Positions 29,417 to 38,478 of a DNA stretch of 42,302 nucleotides are shown piece after piece; the first letter of the stretch is position 1, and each line of letters opens with the position of its first letter. The notes beneath the pieces were generated by a model. It was given only the letters and a program-made list of their open reading frames with translations. It had not been told where the DNA came from and did not search any database. The stretch is from Gemmatimonadales bacterium (lineage in GTDB: Bacteria; Gemmatimonadota; Gemmatimonadetes; Gemmatimonadales; GWC2-71-9): NCBI GenBank assembly GCA_031402135.1, contig JANNSC010000135.1:1-42302 (forward strand), read 5' to 3'. Position numbers and translations under genes: made by a program.

Positions 29417-30127
29417 ATGTACCAGCCGACGCTGATGGGTGGGGTGCTGCTGGTCTACCTCCTTGCGCTGCTGCCCTGGCTGGCCTATCGCAGCGCGCTC
29501 CGAATGCGGGCCGCCCGCACCGGGGCGCCGCTCCCCGGCAGCGACCCGCTCCCGCCGCTCACCGGGATCCTCAGCGGCACCCTCACCTTGCTCATCGCGC
29601 TCTTTCTGATGGCGTGGTTCGCCGGCCGCGGCTACCAATTCGACCTTTTCTGGTACGAGTCGATCGGCCTCAAAGAGATCGCTGCCGGCGTCGCCGCGCT
29701 GGCGGGATATTTCGTGCTCCGGGTGGTGAGCCGGGCCATCCGCACTCCCGAAGAGCGCAGGACGATGGCGGTCCGCCAGTTGATGCCCCGCACCCGGAAC
29801 GAGTGGGTCCTCTACATTCTGGTTGGGCTCGCGGCGGGGATCGCGGAGGAGTCGGCCTATCGCGGCGTCGGGATGTACGCCCTGACGCTGGTCACCGGGA
29901 GTCCGTGGGTCGGGGCAGTGGGGATGTCGGTGGCGTTCGCGCTGGCGCACATCACCCAGGAGTGGAAAAGTGCCGGCATCGTTTTCTTCATGGCGCTCCT
30001 GACCCATGCGCTGGTGGTGGTGACGAACACGCTGGTGGTGGCGATGGCGGTGCACGTGGTGTACGACTGGCTGGCGGCGCTGCTGTTGGTGCGGGAGATG
30101 AGAGCCGAAGCACCCGAGGCCGGTTAA
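29417..30127 (+). CDS. CPBP (CAAX/Abi) intramembrane metalloprotease
   Basis: AEESAYRG, FALAH and AMAVHVVYD motifs with multiple TMs. Confidence 0.9.
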   Translation: MYQPTLMGGVLLVYLLALLPWLAYRSALRMRAARTGAPLPGSDPLPPLTGILSGTLTLLIALFLMAWFAGRGYQFDLFWYESIGLKEIAAGVAALAGYFVLRVVSRAIRTPEERRTMAVRQLMPRTRNEWVLYILVGLAAGIAEESAYRGVGMYALTLVTGSPWVGAVGMSVAFALAHITQEWKSAGIVFFMALLTHALVVVTNTLVVAMAVHVVYDWLAALLLVREMRAEAPEAG

Positions 30128-31035
30128 CGCCCCAGGCCGGCCGGTGCCCGCGCCTTTCCGACCGCGCCGGCAAGCCCCAGCAGCGCGAGGAGGTACGGCA
30201 TCATCAGAAAGAATTGATACGGCACCGAATACCCCATCGCCTGCAAGGCGAATTGCAGGGCGTTGGCTCCGCCAAAAAACAGGGCCGCGAGGAGCACACC
30301 GAAGGGGTGCCATCGGCCCAGAACCACAATCGCAATCGCAATGAAACCCCTGCCGGCAGTCATCTTCTCGGCAAAAGTGCCAACCTGGGCCAGCACCAGC
30401 GTCGCACCGGCCAAGCCGGCCAGCGCACCACCGGTCAGGGTGGCGGCCACCTGGACCGCGCGCACCGGCACCCCCGCCGCCCTCGCCGACTCCACCGATT
30501 CCCCAGTCGCCCGGAGCGCCAACCCCGGCTGGGTCCGAAACAGAAACCACCAGACCAGTGGAACCAGCAGCCACGCCAGGTAGCCGAGCAGTGGCTGCAC
30601 GAAGAGCGCCGGGCCGAGGATGGGTATCGCCGAAAGCCCGGGAATCGACACTGCGGGCAAGGTGGGCAGCGAAAGCCCCGGACCGGCCGCTCCGAAGGCG
30701 GTGCGGGAAATCGCGCCGGTCAGCCCGACCGAAGCAAGGGTGACGGCGGTGCCGGTGATGATCTGATCCGCCTGGGCTCCGATTGCCACCGCAGCAAAGA
30801 GCGCCGCAACCATCACGCCCGCGACCATCGCCATCACCACTCCATACCACGGTCCGCCCGCTGCCGCGCCCAGCGCCGACGCCAGCGCGCCGGCCAGCAT
30901 TGCCCCCTCGACTCCCAAGTTGATGACGCCGGCCTTTTCGCTTATCAGCTCGCCGGTGGCCGCCAGCAGCAACGGGGTGGAAATCCGCACCGCCGCGGCG
31001 AGAAAGCCAACCAGCACCGCACTCTCCTCGATCAT
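30124..31035 (-). CDS. Nucleoside/sugar (BMP-type) ABC transporter permease
   Basis: EKAGVINLGVEG, GLALRATGE, GRGFIAIA and PYLL motifs. ATG 31035. Confidence 0.93.
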   Translation of the reverse strand: MIEESAVLVGFLAAAVRISTPLLLAATGELISEKAGVINLGVEGAMLAGALASALGAAAGGPWYGVVMAMVAGVMVAALFAAVAIGAQADQIITGTAVTLASVGLTGAISRTAFGAAGPGLSLPTLPAVSIPGLSAIPILGPALFVQPLLGYLAWLLVPLVWWFLFRTQPGLALRATGESVESARAAGVPVRAVQVAATLTGGALAGLAGATLVLAQVGTFAEKMTAGRGFIAIAIVVLGRWHPFGVLLAALFFGGANALQFALQAMGYSVPYQFFLMMPYLLALLGLAGAVGKARAPAGLGR

Positions 31036-32072
31036 GGTCGGCTCCCCGCGGCGGCCCTTCGGCGCAGTACTACCTCCGCCAGCACAATCACCAGGATGAT
31101 TGTCGCTTCCGCCACCTGGACCGCGACCGCCGGCACCCCAGCCTCGCGCTGCATGCCCTGCGCACCCGCCTCGAGACCGCCGAACAGGAGTCCGGTGAAC
31201 AGAATGCCCAGCGGATTGAGTCGCGCCAGCAACGCCACCGCGATCGCGGTGAAGCCGTAACCCGGAGAAAGATTCTGGAAGAGCGCGTAGGTGACTCCGC
31301 TGATCTCGACGCCGCCACCCAGTCCCGCCAGCGCCCCCGACCAGAGCAAGGCAATGCCGATCACCCGCTTGACCGGAATGCCTCCGCTCAGTTCGGCCGC
31401 CAGGGGGCCCAGCCCGACCGCTCGCAGCCGAAAGCCCCACGCTGTGCGGGTGAAGAGCGCCCACAGGAGCAACGCCAGCAGAATTGCCAGCACCAGGCCA
31501 AGATGGAGGCGGGTATTCCCGAAAAGAGGAAGACGGGCAGCGGCGGCGATCGGATCGCTCTGCGGGTAGATCCGCTTCGACTCCTGCAACGGCCCCGTCA
31601 CTGCGTAACTCACCGCCGCCTCGGCGACGAAGTTGAGCAACAGCGTCGAGATCACCTCGAGGACCCCAAAGCGGAGCTTGAGCAGAACCGGGAGCGCCAT
31701 CCAGACCACTCCCGCCACCGCAGCGGCCAGCCACACCGCACCAATGGCGACCGGCCCCGGCCACCCCGCCGCATGTACCCCCACCCAGGTCGCCGCGATG
31801 GCGCCGGCGTAGAACTGCCCCTCGGCACCTATATTGAGCGCGCCGGCACGGAACGCCAGCGCCACGCCGAGTCCAAGAATGATCAGGGGGACCGCCCGGA
31901 CCAAAGTGGCGGAGCTGAGCGCGTACCACGACCCGAACGAGCCCCGCCACAGCGCGCCCAGGGCAAGAAGTGGATCATAACCCGCCGCCGTCAGCCCGAG
32001 GGCCAGGACCAGGAGCCCCACCACCAGTGCCGTCAGCGCCACCGCCCCCGAACGGGCCAAGGCCCCTCTCAT
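31032..32072 (-). CDS. Nucleoside/sugar (BMP-type) ABC transporter permease
   Basis: LNIGAEGQ, EVISTLLLN, GFRLRAVG and GYGFTAIAVALLA. Confidence 0.93.
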   Translation of the reverse strand: MRGALARSGAVALTALVVGLLVLALGLTAAGYDPLLALGALWRGSFGSWYALSSATLVRAVPLIILGLGVALAFRAGALNIGAEGQFYAGAIAATWVGVHAAGWPGPVAIGAVWLAAAVAGVVWMALPVLLKLRFGVLEVISTLLLNFVAEAAVSYAVTGPLQESKRIYPQSDPIAAAARLPLFGNTRLHLGLVLAILLALLLWALFTRTAWGFRLRAVGLGPLAAELSGGIPVKRVIGIALLWSGALAGLGGGVEISGVTYALFQNLSPGYGFTAIAVALLARLNPLGILFTGLLFGGLEAGAQGMQREAGVPAVAVQVAEATIILVIVLAEVVLRRRAAAGSRP

Positions 32073-33475
32073 CGAACCCCCAGCATCATCTCCCCGACCT
32101 GCCGCCGGTCGGCGCCGGGTGGCGCCGCCTGCACTCGGCGTTGATGCACCACCAGCACCCGATGCGACAGCTCCAGCACTTCATCGAGATCGGTGCTGTA
32201 GAGCACGACCGCGACGCCAGCGGCCGCCGCGGCACGCAGCCGCGCGTGCACCTCCGCCGTGGCCCGTACATCGAGCCCCCGCGTTGGATTCTCGGCGATC
32301 AAGACCCGAGGGCGTCGTTCCAGCGCGCGGGCCAACACCACCTTCTGCTGGTTGCCGCCGGAGAGTGTTGCCGCGGCTGCATCGGGCCCCTCAGCCCTGA
32401 TGTCGAATGTCGACATCAGTTCCGCCGCGCGTGCCCGTGCTGCCGGCCAGTTCACCTGGAACCCTTTGGCCCAGCGTCGATCCTCGGGAAGGCCCAGCAC
32501 CAGGTTTTCGGTGATGGAGAACGCCTGGATCAGGCCTTCGGTGCTGCGGTCTTCCGGGACAAAGGCTACCGCAGGGCTATGGATGTACGCCCGAAGCAGT
32601 TCACGCTGGCCGTTGCCCACCACGGCAGCGATGCCGGTGATTTCGCCGGAATAGACGGGAACTCCGCCCAGAGCGATTACTTCGCGACGCTCGCGGAGAA
32701 GCGTGGCGTTGGCGTCGCCGAGCCCTGCGGTTTCCCTCTGTGCCTGGCCGCCCGTCGAACTCTTCCATCCACCCTCCCCCGCACCGATCATCACCTCCGC
32801 CAGCGACCGTTCTGTTTCCAGGGCCACTGGGCCATGCCGCGTCACCACTCCCTGACGCAGGACGGTGACCCGGTCAGCGGCGGCGAACACCTCCGAAAGT
32901 TTGTGGGTGATCAGCACCGCCGAACCACCCTCATCGACGAACGCCCGCACCAGGCCGAGCAGCTCCTCCACCTCGCTCGGCGCCAGCACCGCACTCGGTT
33001 CGTCGAGGAGCAGGATTGTGGCCCCCGTGGCCAGCGCCTGGACAATTTCGAGCCGCTGGCGAAGTGCCACGGGAAGGGCCTCCACCCGGGCTTTCGGATC
33101 GAGCCCCGCCATCAGCCGCTCCCCCAAACGCCCCGCAGTCCAGCTCTTCCGCCGTCCCGCGGCCAGCGTGATGTTCTCTTCGACCGTCAGTGCACCGATG
33201 GAGGTGAAATGCTGATGGACCATACCAATCCGCTGGGCCCGGGCATCTCGGGGCGAGCGGAGTGTGACGGCCCGCCCATCCACCCGGACGGTGCCGGCGT
33301 CCGGTCGAATCATTCCGAAGGCGATGTGCATCAGGGTGGACTTGCCGGCGCCGTTTTCGCCGAGGAGCGCGTGCACCTCGCCCGAAGCCAGCGCAAAATC
33401 GGCCCCGCGCAACGCCTGCACGGGGCCGAACTGTTTCATGATGCCTGAGAGCGCAAGCCGGGCCACCCCGCTCAC
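32069..33475 (-). CDS. ABC transporter ATP-binding protein (two NBDs, nucleoside/sugar type)
   Basis: GENGAGKST, MVHQHF, LLDEP, VPEDR, LSGGNQQK and PTRGLD. Confidence 0.95.
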   Translation of the reverse strand: MSGVARLALSGIMKQFGPVQALRGADFALASGEVHALLGENGAGKSTLMHIAFGMIRPDAGTVRVDGRAVTLRSPRDARAQRIGMVHQHFTSIGALTVEENITLAAGRRKSWTAGRLGERLMAGLDPKARVEALPVALRQRLEIVQALATGATILLLDEPSAVLAPSEVEELLGLVRAFVDEGGSAVLITHKLSEVFAAADRVTVLRQGVVTRHGPVALETERSLAEVMIGAGEGGWKSSTGGQAQRETAGLGDANATLLRERREVIALGGVPVYSGEITGIAAVVGNGQRELLRAYIHSPAVAFVPEDRSTEGLIQAFSITENLVLGLPEDRRWAKGFQVNWPAARARAAELMSTFDIRAEGPDAAAATLSGGNQQKVVLARALERRPRVLIAENPTRGLDVRATAEVHARLRAAAAAGVAVVLYSTDLDEVLELSHRVLVVHQRRVQAAPPGADRRQVGEMMLGVR

Positions 33476-33478
33476 CGA

Positions 33479-34249
33479 TTACATCCCGGTTGGGTGATCA
33501 TGAAACTCCCACGGAATTCCGTACTTGCCAGAGAGATGCTCGGCCAGTGCCTTGACCCCCAACGTTTCGGTAGCGTAGTGACCGGCGTAGATGACGTTTA
33601 CACCGAACTCCATGGCATCGAAATAGGTGTGGTGGGCGCCTTCGCCGGTAATGTAGGTGTCGAGCCCAGCCGCCGCCGCATTGCCGATGCGTCCGCCGGC
33701 GCCACCGGTGATGATGCCGATCCTTCGGCACCACTCGGGGCCGCCGGCAATCAGGCGGGCGATTCCGCCGATCTGCTTCACGACACGGTCAACCAGAGCC
33801 TGTCGCGACAGGGCGGGATCGAGGGCGCCCTGCACCCCAACCGGCGCTCCTCGATAGCTGTCGAATGATTCCATGGCGGCTAGCCCGATGGCTCGGCCGA
33901 GTACGTGGTTGTTGCCGACCTCCGGGTGCGCGTCCAGCGGGATATGGGCGGAGTAGAGGGCGATGTCGTGCTCGAGGAGGGCGGCAAGGCGCCGGTAGCG
34001 GCGGCCGGTTACCGGGACGTTACCGTCCCAGAAGAGGCCGTGATGTACCAACAGGAGCGTCCGTGGTGCGCGGGCCCCGGCAATCGTTGCCATGGTGGCA
34101 TCCACCGCCGCGACAATCCGCTCGATGTGGCCCGAGCGATTCTCTACCTGCAGGCCGTTCACCGCGTTCGGTTCGTCGGGTACCTCCTGAATGCGGAGAT
34201 ACTCGTCGAGATAGCTGCAGATGGTCGCGAGAGAAACACCGGCGGTCAT
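33479..34249 (-). CDS. Nif3-like dinuclear metal centre hexameric protein (YbgI/DUF34)
   Basis: NGLQVE, VHHGLFW, SAHIPLDAHPEVGNN, TGE and AGHYATE. Confidence 0.95.
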   Translation of the reverse strand: MTAGVSLATICSYLDEYLRIQEVPDEPNAVNGLQVENRSGHIERIVAAVDATMATIAGARAPRTLLLVHHGLFWDGNVPVTGRRYRRLAALLEHDIALYSAHIPLDAHPEVGNNHVLGRAIGLAAMESFDSYRGAPVGVQGALDPALSRQALVDRVVKQIGGIARLIAGGPEWCRRIGIITGGAGGRIGNAAAAGLDTYITGEGAHHTYFDAMEFGVNVIYAGHYATETLGVKALAEHLSGKYGIPWEFHDHPTGM

Positions 34250-34299
34250 CCGAGAACAATAACCAGCCTCTCACTCCGTACCGAGCGCCACCCCGGCCC

Positions 34300-35271
34300 T
34301 TACTGCAGTGGCTTCAGAGTCCCCGCGATGATGGAATCTGCGGCCGCCCTGAGGCGCGCCTGGAGTGCGGCTGGCAGCAGTGCCACCAGCGCCGGGTTGG
34401 CATCGTAGCGCAACACCCCGCCCGCCAGTCCGAAAAGTTCGACCCTGGGGGAGAAGGTCCCGTCCTTCACTTGTTTCGCGATGGCCAGAAACGCGCCGGG
34501 AAGGTCGATCACCACCGAGCCCAGCACCCGATCCGGGGCCAGGGCGCTCTGGTCGGCATTGGCACCAAAAGCGAAGGCTCCGGGACTCTCCTTCACCGCT
34601 TGAAAGAGTCCCAGCGCCGCCTGATCGGCGTTGTGGTGCAGCATGTCCACGCCCACCCGGATCATGGCCAGCGCCGCCTCCCGGCCCGCCGCTACGTCGT
34701 CGAAGGTGTTGAGGTACGCCACCCGGCTGTCCACGCTTGGGTTGACCGCCCGGGCCCCGTTGACCCAGCCTTGATAGCCGCGCTTGATCGGCGGCAGCTC
34801 GATGCCCCCAACGAATCCAATCTTGTTGGTCCGGGTCATCCCTCCGGCCACCATGCCGGCAAGGTAGGTGGCCTCCTCGATGCCGAAGACCAGAGGGACG
34901 ACGTTGCCCGCCGCACTGACTCGTTCTCCCGAGGTGACCACGAAGATCGTTTTGGGATGATTGGCCCCGATCCGTTCGGCCGGGCCCTGGAATTCGAACC
35001 CGTGCCCGAAGATCAGGTCATAGCCCTGGGTGGCGTAAGTCCGGAGGGCCTCTTCCTGTTCCCCCGGCGTGCGGGCCTCGACATGGCTCACCGCCGCCTG
35101 GAGCGAGTCACCAATCAGGTTCAGGCCAGCGTAGGCACCGGAGTTCCACGCCGCATCGGCAATCGAACCGGGAGTGATAAGGGCGACGCGAAAGGCCGCC
35201 GCGCTTGGCTGCTTAACGCAGGCGCTCACCAGCGTGGCGAGGAGGAGAGATGTCCGTGCCAGGCGAGTCAT
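34300..35271 (-). CDS. BMP family ABC substrate-binding lipoprotein
   Basis: Lipobox VSAC, IADAAWN, GYDLIFGHGFEF, YLAGMVAG, KIGFVGG and GANADQ. ATG 35271. Confidence 0.92.
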   Translation of the reverse strand: MTRLARTSLLLATLVSACVKQPSAAAFRVALITPGSIADAAWNSGAYAGLNLIGDSLQAAVSHVEARTPGEQEEALRTYATQGYDLIFGHGFEFQGPAERIGANHPKTIFVVTSGERVSAAGNVVPLVFGIEEATYLAGMVAGGMTRTNKIGFVGGIELPPIKRGYQGWVNGARAVNPSVDSRVAYLNTFDDVAAGREAALAMIRVGVDMLHHNADQAALGLFQAVKESPGAFAFGANADQSALAPDRVLGSVVIDLPGAFLAIAKQVKDGTFSPRVELFGLAGGVLRYDANPALVALLPAALQARLRAAADSIIAGTLKPLQ

Positions 35272-35672
35272 CCGACGTCGCTCACCACACCCTCCATTTT
35301 CACTGCTCCGTTCACCTGCCCCCCCTCCTCGATCAGGAGGCGGCGGGTGCAAATATCTCCATGCACGACCGAGGACGATTGCAGTTCAGCACGTTCTTCC
35401 GCAGTGATACACCCGTCGACCCGGCCGCCAATCACCGCTTCTCGGGTGACCACATCGCCCTCCACGACACCCCCTTCCGAAATCAGAACCTGATCGCCGG
35501 CATGCACGTTGCCGATCACCCTCCCTTCGACCCGGATCACTCCCGCCGCGTGCAAGTCGCCGGAGATTGTCAGATCCTTGGCCACGATCGAGAGCCCGCC
35601 CTGCGCCCCGTTGTGGCGCCGGCGCTCGACCGCAGGAATCGTGTGGGAGGCCGGTGCCGAGAAGATTCCCAT
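35268..35672 (-). CDS. Bactofilin (polymer-forming cytoskeletal protein)
   Basis: SIVAKDLTISGDL...IRVEGRVIGNV...GVVEGDV...VIGGRVDG...VHGDI...IEEGGQVNG. Confidence 0.93.
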   Translation of the reverse strand: MGIFSAPASHTIPAVERRRHNGAQGGLSIVAKDLTISGDLHAAGVIRVEGRVIGNVHAGDQVLISEGGVVEGDVVTREAVIGGRVDGCITAEERAELQSSSVVHGDICTRRLLIEEGGQVNGAVKMEGVVSDVG

Positions 35673-36472
35673 CAGTGTTCCTCCTTCACCAGCGTTTCGG
35701 GATCGATCGATACCCCATTGAGCCGAATTTCGAAATGGAGGTGCGGCGCCGACGACCGGCCGGAGTTGCCGCTCCGGGCAATCACTTCTCCCGCGGAAAC
35801 TGCCGCGCCCTGCACCGCCAGAATTCGAGAGAGGTGGCCATACATCGACTGATATCCGTCGGGATGCTCCAGGAGAACGAAACGGCCATAGGCCTCATGC
35901 TCTCCGGTCTGGAGGATGATGCCCCCGCCAGGAGCACGCACGAGACTCCCCATCGGCACCGCGATATCGATGCCAGGGTGTTCTTCCTGGGTGCTGTCGG
36001 CATTTGCCTGCCCCCGGGTGACATAGCCCCGCTGGTCGAGAGGCCAATGCCGGGGGAGCGAGGGTCCGGTCTCGTAGACTGCCGCGGCACCGGGAGGAGT
36101 CGCCAGGATTGGAGGCGCCACCGGAAAGGCGCTGCCCAACACCACCCGATCGGGCACGATGTCGGCACCAACCATCCGGCGGAGCCGCTCGTAGCTCGCT
36201 TCGACCGAATCGAGTGCCGAGGCGAGGTCTCTGACCCGAAGGTTGTCGGTGCGAAGTCGCTCGACCTCACGCTCCAGTGGGGGCACCCGCGCAGCTTGCC
36301 GCGCAATCGGTCCGTAGAATGCAATGCCCAGAATCAGGAGTCCGGTCGCAACCACCACGAGCACCACCGCGGCGCGCACCGCCCACACCGGAGCCCGGTA
36401 GGTCCTCGACTGCAGCGCCCCGTCCCGCTGCACAATAATGGAAACGCTGCGGCGCCCCGCGCCGGTGCTCAT
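35672..36472 (-). CDS. Membrane-anchored M23 family metallopeptidase with coiled coil
   Basis: TM helix, coiled coil, HPGID (HxxxD), YGHLS and PHLHFE (HxH). Confidence 0.93.
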   Translation of the reverse strand: MSTGAGRRSVSIIVQRDGALQSRTYRAPVWAVRAAVVLVVVATGLLILGIAFYGPIARQAARVPPLEREVERLRTDNLRVRDLASALDSVEASYERLRRMVGADIVPDRVVLGSAFPVAPPILATPPGAAAVYETGPSLPRHWPLDQRGYVTRGQANADSTQEEHPGIDIAVPMGSLVRAPGGGIILQTGEHEAYGRFVLLEHPDGYQSMYGHLSRILAVQGAAVSAGEVIARSGNSGRSSAPHLHFEIRLNGVSIDPETLVKEEH

Positions 36473-37368
36473 CCTCCGAACGGCTCGCCCAGAATCAACT
36501 CCAGCACGCGGGCAAGGTCGTCATTGGAGTAGTAATGAATGGTCACTGCGCCGCGGCCTCGGCGTCTGGCCGTAACCCGCACATCCGTTTGCAACCGTTT
36601 CCGAAGGGCGTCCTCGACCAGCCGGACGTCGGCGCTGGGGTTTCGCGCTTCGGCCTTGGGGCGGCGAATAACCTTGCGAGCCCCCACCGGTCCGTTCACC
36701 TGCTCGCCCCGCACCCTCGCCTCGAGATCTCGTACCGACCAGTCGGAGGCCGCGCACTCCCGGGCGAGCCTGGTGATTTCCTTGGGGTCCTCCAGGGCCA
36801 AAAGCGCTCTGCCGTGGCCCTCAGAGAGCTTTCGGTGCTGCAGGAGCCCTTGCACCTCCCCGGGTAGCCGAAGCAATCGGATGGTGTTGCTCACCGCGGA
36901 AGGACTCTTGCCGACCAAGCGGGCGATCTCTGTCTGCGGAATCGAAAACTCCTCCATCAGCCGTTGATAGCCGAGCCCCGAGTCGATCGCCGAGAGATCG
37001 TCCCGCTGGAGATTCTCGATGAGGGCCAAGGTGAGGAGCGAGCGGTCGTCCACGTCCTTCACAATCGCGGGAATGTGTTGCCAGCCCAGCCGCTGGACCG
37101 CCCGCCAACGGCGCTCGCCGGCGATCAGTTCGTACCGGCCGTTCGGCCGGGAGCGCACCACCACCGGCTGGAGCAGGCCGGACGCCTGAATCGAGTCGGC
37201 AAGTTCCTTCAGTTGGGTCTCGTCAAATTCCCGGCGCGGCTGATACGGGTTGGGCGAGATCGCGGTGACCGGCAGCTCCTTGAGCCCACCGCTCGCTTGC
37301 GCTGCTTCCTTCGAAATAGGGCCGAGCAGTGACTCGAGCCCTCGGCCCAGCCGCCTCGTTTCAGTCAT
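36469..37368 (-). CDS. parB: Chromosome partitioning protein ParB/Spo0J
   Basis: [11 protein letters not shown] ParA-activating peptide, NPYQPR, GERRWRA CTPase motif, ENLQRDDL and HTH. Confidence 0.97.
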   Translation of the reverse strand: MTETRRLGRGLESLLGPISKEAAQASGGLKELPVTAISPNPYQPRREFDETQLKELADSIQASGLLQPVVVRSRPNGRYELIAGERRWRAVQRLGWQHIPAIVKDVDDRSLLTLALIENLQRDDLSAIDSGLGYQRLMEEFSIPQTEIARLVGKSPSAVSNTIRLLRLPGEVQGLLQHRKLSEGHGRALLALEDPKEITRLARECAASDWSVRDLEARVRGEQVNGPVGARKVIRRPKAEARNPSADVRLVEDALRKRLQTDVRVTARRRGRGAVTIHYYSNDDLARVLELILGEPFGG

Positions 37369-38201
37369 GAATGCACCTCTCCCGCCGGGCGGGACGCGTG
37401 GCGCGGCCAGTCGGTACCAACCATGGCGTCACCGGACTCGGTGCGCCGCAACAGTTCCTGGGCAACGGAGAGGTAGCTCTTCGCGCCGACCGACTGCACA
37501 TCGTACATGAGGATCGATTTTCCGAAACTGGGCGCTTCGGCAAGCCGCACGTTTCGGGGGACCACCGTCTTGAAGACCTTGGGCCCGAAGTACTCGGTCG
37601 CGTCCTTGGCCACCTGGCGCGACAGTGTGAGTCGGGAGTCGTACATGGTGAGTAACACGCCATCAAGGGCCAGGTCGGGGTTGAAATTCTGCTGGACCAG
37701 ACGGATGGTGTTGAGGAGCTGGGAGATTCCTTCCAGCGCGTAGTACTCGCACTGAATCGGGATGATCACCGCATTGGCTGCGGTCAGCACGTTGAGGGTG
37801 AGGAGCCCGAGCGACGGGGGACAGTCGATGATGATGTAGTCATACGACCCCAGCGCCGGCGCCAGGGCGTCGCGCAGCCGGGTCTCTCGCTGCTCGGCGT
37901 TTACCAGTTCAAGTTCGGCACCAACCAGATCCTGTGTCGCGGGGAGAATCGAGAGGAAGGGGAGCTCGGTGTCCTGCTGCACGATCTCTTCGATCGGGCG
38001 CCGGTCCACGATCAGGTCGTAGAGCGACGGCCGGTTGGGGTCCTTCTGGACCCCTACCCCACTGGTCGCGTTCCCTTGGGGGTCGGCGTCCACCAGCAGG
38101 GTGCGTCGCTCGGCGATGGCAAGCGACGCCGCGAGATTCACGGCAGTGGTAGTCTTCCCTACCCCGCCCTTCTGGTTGGCGATCGCGATGATGCGTGCCA
38201 T
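37365..38201 (-). CDS. parA: Chromosome partitioning ATPase ParA/Soj
   Basis: [37 protein letters not shown] and RLAEAPS. Confidence 0.97.
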   Translation of the reverse strand: MARIIAIANQKGGVGKTTTAVNLAASLAIAERRTLLVDADPQGNATSGVGVQKDPNRPSLYDLIVDRRPIEEIVQQDTELPFLSILPATQDLVGAELELVNAEQRETRLRDALAPALGSYDYIIIDCPPSLGLLTLNVLTAANAVIIPIQCEYYALEGISQLLNTIRLVQQNFNPDLALDGVLLTMYDSRLTLSRQVAKDATEYFGPKVFKTVVPRNVRLAEAPSFGKSILMYDVQSVGAKSYLSVAQELLRRTESGDAMVGTDWPRHASRPAGEVHS

Positions 38202-38214
38202 TTGTCTTGATTTA

Positions 38215-38239
38215 TAAGTGTTTGAGTTTAAATAACTTA
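38215..38239. promoter_or_regulatory. AT-rich imperfect palindrome TAAGT-N15-ACTTA immediately upstream of parA
   Basis: taagtgtttgagtttaaataactta, 13 bp from the parA start codon, in a strongly AT-rich patch. Confidence 0.45.
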
Positions 38240-38312
38240 CAGCAGAATTGCAGCCGTAAGCGCCGGCCCAGTGTATCGGAATATACTTGAGAATTCTCTG
38301 GCTGCTAGGGGT

Positions 38313-38328
38313 GTTTTCACGTGAAAAG
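38313..38328. promoter_or_regulatory. parS-like site 1 (gTTTTCACGTGAAAAg)
   Basis: Perfect 14-bp palindrome containing the parS core TTTCACGTGAAA, in the mnmG-parA intergenic region. Confidence 0.75.
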
Positions 38329-38446
38329 TTATGGGAGCTTGGCGTTTGGGCCGAAACATGGCCGTGGCTGAACCTGTGGTGTCTGGCAAACTCACCCGGG
38401 TCTTGAAAAATGGGGCGTCGGGTCCGGCCAGTTCATGCCGGTTTTC

Positions 38447-38462
38447 AGTTTCACGTGAAAAG
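38447..38462. promoter_or_regulatory. parS-like site 2 (aGTTTCACGTGAAAAg)
   Basis: Second copy of the 12-bp core TTTCACGTGAAA, 134 bp from site 1. Confidence 0.75.
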
Positions 38463-38478
38463 GTGCCCAGCCGGTCGG

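Noticed and set aside
38202-38478. oriC in the mnmG-parA gap
   Set aside because: AT-rich, but no TTATCCACA-type DnaA boxes were found by eye and dnaA is not in the window.
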